Origin: Ophelia neglecta | Taxonomy: Eukaryota | Direction of reading: 5' to 3' | NCBI GenBank assembly: GCA_965285935.1 | Contig: OZ260664.1 | Span: 25,730,001-25,794,000, forward strand | Length of the DNA: 64,000 bases | Shown: one piece after another, positions 56,366-64,000 of the stretch | Position numbering within the stretch: position 1 is the first letter of the stretch | Layout: every line of letters begins with the position of its first letter | The notes under the pieces: generated by a model | What the model was told of the DNA's origin: nothing | Databases searched by the model: none | What the model saw: the letters and a program-made list of their open reading frames with translations, nothing else | Translations under genes and position numbers: made by a program

Positions 56366-56823
56366 GTTTGCATAATTCATAACTCTGTATAATGTTTAGG
56401 TAAAATTTTAAGTATTAAAATAGTTGACGTTTGGTCTAGAAAGACATTTAAGCCATGCTACCTTGCAGCCATACAGCTGAAGACATTTAATTTTTCCATA
56501 TTAACTTTCAAAGACACTGAAATAGACTGTCAGATATATATTTGAATGTTTATTGAGAAAGCAGTTATAGTGCATGATTTAAAGACACTCGAAGGACTTT
56601 TAATTTAAGCCAAAGTTAATTCAGTAACAGTTCTTGGTATTTGAACAAGTTTAGCATTAATTAGTATAAGGTGTTTTACAATTCATCTTTGTATACTCTA
56701 AAATTTTTAAAGGTTCTAGATTCAAACCTATATGTTTTAAGTACAGGCTATCTACAGTGTTTGATATTGATTGTTAAACATATAATTAGTATGTATCTTT
56801 AAATGTCTTCTGAGAAGGGAGGA

Positions 56824-57018
56824 TGTCACGATAGTCCGCATTTTGGTTCATCCGTCTTTTGTAGTGCGCACAGTCATGTTCCGACTTTTGTATCAGTCCC
56901 CTGGTGGTTCCGGTTTGTCACTTCCGCCCAAGCTAAAATACAAATAAACATCTCATAAAATGTTATGAGTTTTATCGTCTCACATCGAAGACTTATTCAA
57001 CAGAGACTAAACGTTACA
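56824..57018 (+). repeat. Inner element 3' LTR
   Basis: Identical by eye to 52090-52284. Confidence 0.97.
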
Positions 57019-57023
57019 GGGGC

Positions 57024-60018
57024 TGATGTTAATTTAATATCCAATGACATGTATGAGAAAATGGAAGAACCACCCACCTTAACCCATAGTGACAATGAAC
57101 TACGAGGCCCAGGAAATAGTATTCAATGTGCTGGATACTTTATAACAGAAGTAGTTCACAAAGGAGAGAAATACCCATTTAAAGTCTATGTAAGTCCTGC
57201 AGTCAGTTCATCCTTGCTGAGTAGAGAATCAGCTGTGCGTATGGGTATGATTATCAGAGTGGAAGAAATAGTGGCAGAATACAGTGACTGTTATGGAAGC
57301 AGTGGACTTGTTAAATGCACTCCTGCTAAAATTAAACTAAAGGATGGGGCAGTGCCTTACAGTATACCTTGTCCATACAGAGTACCATTTCCATTACTGA
57401 AAGAGGTGAAGGTAGAACTGGATAGGATGATCAAAGATGACATTATAGAGGAGGTCAGTGAGCCTACTGAGTGGTGTGCATCAATGGTACCGGTGCTAAA
57501 GAAATCTGGACAGGTTCGAATTTGTGTGGATCTCAGGAAATTAAATACAGCTGTTGAGCGGGAAAAACTTATCATGCCAACATTAGAAGATATCAGTCCA
57601 AAGCTTGCCGGCTCAACTATATTTTCTACTCTCGATGCCAGCTGTGGGTTTTGGCAAATTCCACTTGAGGAGGCTAGCTCTCGCCTCACAACTTTTATTA
57701 CACCTTTTGGCAGATTTTGTTTTAAGAGAGTTCCATTTGGGCTCAGCTCAAGTCCAGAAATTTTCCAAAAGAAGATGGGAGAAATTTTTGATAATCTAGA
57801 AGGTGTGGAAGTTATCATGGATGATGTGCTAATCCATGGAGCTGGTGAACAAGACCATGATAGACATTATAGTGCAGCAATGCAGCGCGTTCGAGAATTA
57901 GGCCTCAAGTTGAACGCCAAGAAATGTCGGTATAAGAGAACTGAAATTCCATATTTTGGTCACGTTATGACTGAAAATGGAGTCAAAGCCGATCCGGTGA
58001 AGGTGGAAGCTATTATGAAACTCGATCCACCGAGGGATGTCGGCGAGTTAAGGCGTGTCCTGGGAATGGGTGCCGCTTTGCTAAATTTTATGGAAGGAGC
58101 GGCAACAGAACTAGCACCTCTGACAGATTTGCTACAGCAAGACAAAGGATGGCATTGGGGAGCGGATCAACAAAGGGCGTTTAACAGATTCAAGCACCTT
58201 GTTACAAATGCTCCAGTTTTAGCTTTTTATAGTCATGACAGGGAAACTGTGGTCACAGCTGATGCGAGCAGCTATGGACTCGGGGCTTCTATTCTTCAGG
58301 TCCATGGGGATCAGCTGAAACCTATAGCTTTTGCCTCAAAGAAGTTATCCCCAGCAGAGAAAATCTACGCGCAAATAGAGAAGGAACTTTTGGCAAGCGT
58401 GTGGGCATGTGAAAAGTTTGAGAGGTATCTAGTTGGTCTTCAGTCCTTCAGACTACAGACTGACCATAAGCCGTTGATTCCACTTATAAACAAACAGGAC
58501 CTCAACAAAGCACCGCTACGTTGTCAGAGATTTTTAATGCGTTTGATGCGCTACAATCCAGTCGCAGAATATGTACCAGGAAAGGACCTGGTCATAGCAG
58601 ATACCCTATCAAGAAGCCCGACTGGAAGTGAGAAAGAAACCAGCGTGTTGGAAAGTGACACACATCTGTACGTGCACAGTGTCATTTCTACCAAGCCTAT
58701 CACAGGTGAATGGATGTCTAAGCTGAGAAAGGAAACAGATAGTGATGCTGTAATGAAACTAGTAATTCAGATAACAAAAGCAGGGTGGCCAGAGAACTAC
58801 GGTGAAATAAAGGAATCACTGAAGCCTTATTTTGCGGCTAGAAACAGTTTGTCAACAGCAGAAGGACTGCTTATATTTGAGAACAGAATAGTGGTTCCAA
58901 AGGTATTGAGAGCAGAACTTTTGAGAAAACTACATGAGGGACATCAAGGCATCACCAAGTGTGGAGAGAGAGCAAAAACTAGTGTGTGGTGGCCTACAAT
59001 TAACAAAGATATTGCAGAGACTGTGGCTAGCTGTGAGTTTTGCCAAACTCATAGGGCAGCCCAGCGAAAGGAGCCTTTGATTCCAAGCAAATTGCCAGGA
59101 CGACCAACCCAGAAAGTGGCTGCAGATTTATGTGAATACAATGGGAAAAACTATCTGGTTGTTATCGACTACTATTCTAGGGACATAGAATTTCCCTATA
59201 TGGCCAACATCACGAGCACAAATCTGATAAGCAAATTCAAATATATCTTTGCTCGCTGGGGCTATCCGGAGGAATTATTCACGGATAATGGTGGACAGTT
59301 CACTTCTATTGAGTTCGAAAATTTTTGTGATTTATATGGTATTAGACATGTGACCTCGAGTCCGCATTTTCCCCAGTCAAATGGAATGGCGGAGCGTGGA
59401 GTTCAGGAGGTAAAGAAAATACTGAGCCAGCCAGATCCCTTACATGCATGGCTCGTATATCGCACAACACCAGGACCACTGGGGTGGAGCCCTAGTCAGC
59501 TCAACATGGGACGTCAGCTGAATAACACTCTACCAACGCTGCAGCGCAACTTAGCACCAAAATGGCCGAGTAGGCAAGCTGTTCAGCGTGCAGACAAACG
59601 ATATAACTTCACATATAAACAGTCGTATGATCGTCGCCATGGAGTGAGAATACTCCCAAGTGTCAAACCCGGAAACATGGTCAGAGTCCGAATAGACTCT
59701 GATAAAGTTTGGTCCAACCCTGTACCAATAACATCAACTCACAGCACACCCAGATCATTCGTGGTACAAACACCACAAGGAGGTGAGCTGCGGAGAAATA
59801 GGCGCCATCTACAAATGCTTCCAATTCCAAAACCTGGAGAGCCGCCACCATTGCCGCCATTACCTGTACCAAACCCACCTACGACTCAAACGGTTGCTAC
59901 ACATGACACCGGTGGAACATCACCGCAGCACCCGTCAGGTTTGGTCGGTCCAATACCAGGTACTCCAGTTGTAACCAAAAGTGGACGCGTAGTCAGACCG
60001 CCACTGAGATATCAATGA
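57024..60018 (+). CDS. pol: Outer element remainder of pol (PR C-part, RT, RNase H, integrase)
   Basis: RICVDLR, IMDD, ADASSYGLG, TDHKPL, integrase HHCC and D,D,E region, C-terminal TKSGR. Joining 51125-52089 to 57024-60018 gives one 3960-nt open frame (1319 aa). Confidence 0.93.
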
Positions 60019-60211
60019 CAGTTAATTTATATAAAGTGTATTTTAAAATTGGTGTAATTTCTATTTTTAAATGGCAGTGAAACATTACGGACTTCTGGTG
60101 TATCTGAAACAGAGACATTTGTAAATTCATTTTAAAGTAAATCATTTAAGTAAGGTTCAAAGATATTGGACATTTTAAAGTTTAATTTGTTTAAATACTT
60201 GGAAAGGAGGA

Positions 60212-60423
60212 TGTCATATAATACTTACCAGGTTATAATATATATACTTGCCCTGTACTCCCCTGGGCTGGTGACGTCGCGGTGTCGGATGTCACGTGGG
60301 GACGCTCTAGTGTGTGAGCAAGCCGTTAGCCATTCTAGTGACCACCGGTGATTTGTACCTATCCGAGTTACATGAAAATAAACCCTATTGTTACCTGCCA
60401 ATGGGCTATCGATCTTCATTACA
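60212..60423 (+). repeat. Outer element 3' LTR
   Basis: Direct repeat of 50766-50977, preceded by PPT and followed by TSD GTGAA. Confidence 0.97.
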
Positions 60424-60430
60424 GTGAATA

Positions 60431-60586
60431 CAGTGGAACCCCTGATGAAAGACCACCTAAAAATGGTCAAAATAGCCTTTTTTGCAAAACGGTTTGCTAA
60501 ACCGGCCATATATTGCAACCCCTGATGAAAGACCATCCCTCTTATAAGAGCACTTATTAGGTGGCCTCTCATGAGGGGTTCCGCTG
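60431..60586. mobile_element. 156-bp MITE, Tc1/mariner (pogo/Tigger-like)
   Basis: TIR CAGTGGAACCCCTGATGAAAGACCACC / GGTGGCCTCTCATGAGGGGTTCCGCTG with TA on both sides; internal extra copy of cccctgatgaaagacca. Confidence 0.85.
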
Positions 60587-60737
60587 TAGCTGTAATGTGG
60601 CCAAGTTATTATTGTAAATATTGCATGTTGTGGAATGACTACATTAATGAAAAACGTTCAAGGAAAATAAATAAGCACATAGGCCTAAATGATAATTAAG
60701 TGTGATATGATTTCAATGTATTTTACATCTTTTGAAG

Positions 60738-60970
60738 GTGTTATGACCGTCCTTACGATGGCTTTTCTTGGCATTGAAAACAGGAGAGACTTGCCAAAAG
60801 TGGCATACTCCACTGCTTTGGATTACTTTGTTGGAGCTTGCTTTGCCTTCGTTCTTGCTACGATCCTTCAGTTCGCCGGCGTGCATTTCTTTACCAAACA
60901 TGGCAGTGGGGAAGTGTTTCTTGTTTCTCCAGAAACGACCGATGATGAGGATGAAGATGAGGCGGATAGG
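60738..60970 (+). CDS. Grd: Grd exon 8B: alternative TM2 (M6'), TM2-3 loop and TM3
   Basis: catcttttgaag| acceptor, AGG|gtaaaa donor; same 233-nt length and phases as exon 8A; GVMTVLTMAFLGIENRRDLPKVAYSTALDYF. Confidence 0.92.
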
Positions 60971-61647
60971 GTAAAATGAGCATTACCATACGCACACTAA
61001 GACAAAATAACAGGAAGAATTCCATAACAGATTTATTAGAAAACAAACACATTTGTCTTTAAATACCTTTTAGACTAAATTAATAAAGTCTGGTTCCTTA
61101 CAAAATTCATGAATGAAATTGGTTGAGTCCTTCTGGCTAATAACCATAGCCTCCCTACATCTATTTCTGCACCACTGGTCTACAAGGAAGAATGCATGTC
61201 ATTTGCTGGATTTCTGTCTTGGCCTAGAATTTATTAGTATGCCTATGGTTGCATTCACACCGGTGTTGCGGTGCAGTAATTAACGCATTTTTGCCGAAAC
61301 GACTTGTGATTTTGCTTTTAAACAGATTATATTAGGCTTTAGGCACTAAAACTCAAAAGACGATGCATTTGCAAATATGTCGATTGTAAAGAAACTGATG
61401 TCAGAATTTAATCGAATTTCCTCAACAAATACCTTTCTGGTGCCTTTAGGCCTATAACTGTTTTATTGCTTTTACGTATTGCAATCACTTTTGAACATGT
61501 TTTGTTCCTATTTCGTAAATAAATTTACTAAGCATTGTGCTCGCGATCCAAATGTGCATAAGTATACTTTATCGTCTTGCTGAGTTAATTTCTTCATATG
61601 TAACCCATTTTTTCATTATACCATTAACTGTTTTATTCCTTACATAG

Positions 61648-62052
61648 GAACGCAAAATCCTTATGGAGCGTCGAAGTAGGATAGCAACTCCTTCTGCCGT
61701 TACTCCTCCACCTACTCCTCTGCCGGGAAATCTGAACGGAGCCATTGCCCTGCTGGCCTGTCGGACCACCACAATGGCGCGCAGAATGAGTTCCCGTTCA
61801 GCCAGGCAATACGAAATGAGTATGATGGACAATGTCAGATCAAGTGATAACTGCTGGTCTAGGTTTTGGAATTGTCTGAGAGGAAACACCAACTATCGGA
61901 ATATGAAATTGCTGGCAAGCCATGGAGGACTGAACAGTGTCAGCGTGGTTGATCGGTTAGCGAGGGTCATGTTTCCTGTATCTTTTGTGGTTTTCAATGT
62001 GCTCTACTGGGCGGTATATCTGGAAGGCCAGTCGCTTGTCACCATGTTGTAA
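61648..62052 (+). CDS. Grd: Grd exon 9B: alternative intracellular loop, TM4 and stop
   Basis: ttccttacatag| acceptor, phase 0; ERKILMERRS...NSVSVVDRLARVMFPVSFVVFNVLYWAVYL...TAA. Confidence 0.92.
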   Translation, partial: ERKILMERRSRIATPSAVTPPPTPLPGNLNGAIALLACRTTTMARRMSSRSARQYEMSMMDNVRSSDNCWSRFWNCLRGNTNYRNMKLLASHGGLNSVSVVDRLARVMFPVSFVVFNVLYWAVYLEGQSLVTML

Positions 62053-62481
62053 CGAAATCTCCTGTTTTCAAAGACATATCAACTCATCAATTGTACCATG
62101 ACTATGCAACGATTCTCTATTTAATTTCAATATTTATTTAAACTAGGCTATAGGTGAAAAGCATGATGAATCAATGACGTACAAGTAGACGTCAATTCTC
62201 ATTATTGTTCTAAGACTTCGGAAATGGCCGATTCATGCACACCATCCTATCGGACTTCTAGGCAGACGACAGCGTGGGACGCCTAGTCTAACGGATTTTC
62301 TTAAACTAATCTCCTGGTGAGACGTAATGAAAATGTGAGGACCTGTTGTGTGATAGTTTCACTACGCCAATGTAATGTGAAAATTTTATCAAATGTTTGT
62401 TTCAGTCCTTTACTGAATAACAAGTGTCCCTTTATGACGCTGACTCTTACAATTACCTGGTTTATTAGAATTAGAATACAA

Positions 62482-62503
62482 AATAAATTGCTTTTACAAT
62501 AAA
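62482..62503 (+). terminator. Candidate polyadenylation signals for isoform B
   Basis: Two AATAAA at 62482 and 62498, followed by T-rich sequence, about 430 nt after the B stop. Confidence 0.35.
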
Positions 62504-63259
62504 GTATGCTCTTTTTGTAGCTTTTATACCATAGCTCAAAAAATGACCTCATGGTTCCATCAACTATATCATTGAGTTACATTGACTTGTTGAGTCCTTT
62601 GTATTCTTTATTGTTTATATTGTTATCTCTTGACTCTAATGAATAAGCAATATTTAATTAGGAAACAGTATCAGCTTGCTTGGAAAAAGTAAGCGACGGC
62701 GAATATTTCGAAACAATTTGATTCGAATGATAAACAAGAAAACATAATTATGAGGAATATATGTGAATATGTGGAAACAAAATATAGCGTGTTTTTAACA
62801 AATAAGCAATGTTGAATAGGGATACCTGAACACATTTGATCTGAGAAGCCAAACATGAAAGAAAGCATAATTTTTCTAAATCAATTTTCCAAATATTGTG
62901 AATTTGTTTCGGATTTGGAAGGCATAATATCTATGAATTACATGCTTCTGCCTTGATTATAGCGGCTGAAATCTTATACTTTATACATACAGCCTCTCTC
63001 TCTCTCGCTCTCCAAATTTAAATTACTCTTGACTTTACTGACTTTTATATCTGGCCATGACCCAAATTTTATACTTTTGCATAATTCAAAGCCAGTAAAC
63101 CAAACAAGCAGAAAGATTCATTTCATTTTTTAGGAAATAAAACAAAAGAAATTTACAATTTTTTACTGAGAAGCTTCTAGCCAAAAATTGGGAGGAAACC
63201 GTTTAAAACTGTCATATTAACGATGTTAATAAAGCTTATAACTCCCTATCAGAAACCTT

Positions 63260-64000
63260 TATAACTGAGCTAGACACCTGTATAACCGATACCAAAGTAA
63301 CATTTAATAAATATAGGCATAAAGAAAAGTCCTGGATGACAACAGGAATACTACGCTCAATACACACGATTAGCAAAGAAGAAACTCAAAGTCCAAACAC
63401 ACCTGGATATGTAGACCTTAGCCAGTATTTCCTCATCTACAGAAACATCCTAGATAACATCATAAAGTCAGCAAAGACACAATATTGGCACACGCACTTT
63501 GAAAAATCCAAACATGATATACAGCTAACCTGGATCAATATGAAAAAAGTCTTGGGAACCAATAATGAAAGGAATGTATAACAGATTTTTTACAATGAAC
63601 AAAATAAAAAAATCTTGGACCCACAGGAAATTGTGGAAAACTTAAACCCCTTTTTTTAATAAATGTAGGAATTCTTAGAGAACAGCAAACCTCACTGGAC
63701 TGGAATTTATTCAAAACATTTTTAAAACCATCATCCATTAATAGTATTTATCTCAATGAAACAGACCCACAAGAAATTATTCAAATAGTAAACAAGCTGA
63801 AGCCAAAAACATCTTATAGTTTTGATGGTATCACCCCTAACCACAGAAGCCAAATAATTCAAACTATTGCATCCCCTCTTGCCTTAAGTTTTAATACTAT
63901 GCTTAAAACAGGATTATTTCCACATAAAATGAAAATTGCCAAAATTCTTCCAATTTATAAGAAAGAGGAACCAAATAGATTTACAAATTACCGGCCAATA
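63260..64000 (+). mobile_element. Decayed CR1/Crack-like LINE ORF2 running off the window end; related to the 7614-10102 element
   Basis: SWMTTGILRSI, KSAKTQYW...KHDIQLTW, KLKPKTS..FDGITP, KIAKILPIYK...FTNYRPI, with frameshifts. Start approximate. Confidence 0.88.

Larger units (their letters stand above)
52090..57018 (+). mobile_element. Inner Ty3/Gypsy (Mag-like) LTR retrotransposon, 4929 bp, nested in the outer element
   Basis: Identical 195-bp LTRs (52090-52284, 56824-57018); TSD GGGGC (52085-52089, 57019-57023); PBS TGGTGTCAGAAG at 52285; PPT GAGAAGGGAGGA (56812-56823). Confidence 0.97.
50766..60423 (+). mobile_element. Outer Ty3/Gypsy (Mag-like) LTR retrotransposon, about 4.7 kb without the nested insert
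   Basis: 212-bp LTRs TGTCA...TTACA (50766-50977, 60212-60423) differing at one base (50938 T vs 60384 C); 5-bp TSD GTGAA (50761-50765, 60424-60428); PBS; PPT GGAAAGGAGGA (60201-60211); gag-PR-RT-RH-IN order; paired Cx2Cx3Hx4C and Cx2Cx4Hx4C knuckles. Confidence 0.97.
13185..62052 (+). other. Grd: Gene span: GRD-like (GABA receptor alpha-like) Cys-loop channel subunit with two alternative 3' exon cassettes; predicted isoforms 484 aa (A) and 492 aa (B)
   Basis: Seven shared exons plus two copies of two terminal exons join in frame through GT-AG introns (phases 2,1,0,2,1,1,1,0). Motifs YDKRLRP, WKPDT, Cys-loop [28 protein letters not shown] and DLPKVxYSTALDYF...TKHGSGE match insect GRD as I recall it (NREATADR...DLPKV..TALDFF...TKYGSGE). 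Further non-coding 5' exons probably lie upstream but were not located. Confidence 0.9.

Noticed and set aside
47754-60737. A second complete paralogous gene supplying cassette B
   Set aside because: No ligand-binding or TM1 exon motifs seen in the roughly 3.3 kb of non-LTR sequence between the cassettes. Judged by eye; a tblastn search is still needed.
46400-62052. Cassette duplication as an assembly artefact (uncollapsed haplotype)
   Set aside because: The exons differ at about 34 of 78 codons, the terminal loops do not align, and the introns show no visible similarity; this is far beyond allelic divergence.
25-64000. Most of the 60-130 aa ORFs in the track
   Set aside because: They are antisense or alternative-frame shadows of exons and transposon ORFs, or chance ORFs in introns, often crossing poly-C/G runs.

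Overview
Eukaryotic, AT-rich, intron- and repeat-rich animal DNA, probably from a non-vertebrate bilaterian (lophotrochozoan is only a guess). The window holds one + strand Cys-loop ligand-gated ion channel gene of the GRD / GABA-receptor alpha-like type. I rebuilt it by eye: seven shared coding exons (13322-41611) encode the signal peptide, ligand-binding domain, TM1 and the start of TM2, and all splice phases are consistent. The most striking feature is that the last two exons (rest of TM2 + TM3, then intracellular loop + TM4) occur twice: cassette A (46400-47753) and cassette B (60738-62052). Both are intact, in phase with the single shared TM1 exon, and diverged mainly at synonymous sites. 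They differ at pore-lining position 6' (Thr in A, Met in B) and have very different intracellular loops, so one gene appears to join one ligand-binding domain to alternative pores. Between the cassettes lies a young, sense-oriented pair of nested Ty3/Gypsy (Mag-like) LTR retrotransposons (50766-60423). The inner element (52090-57018) is inserted in the protease active-site motif of the outer one. The rest contains CR1/Crack-like LINE copies, a decayed hAT (hATm-like) transposase, Harbinger- and Tc1/mariner-type MITEs and tandem repeats. No RNA genes or CRISPR arrays are supported.
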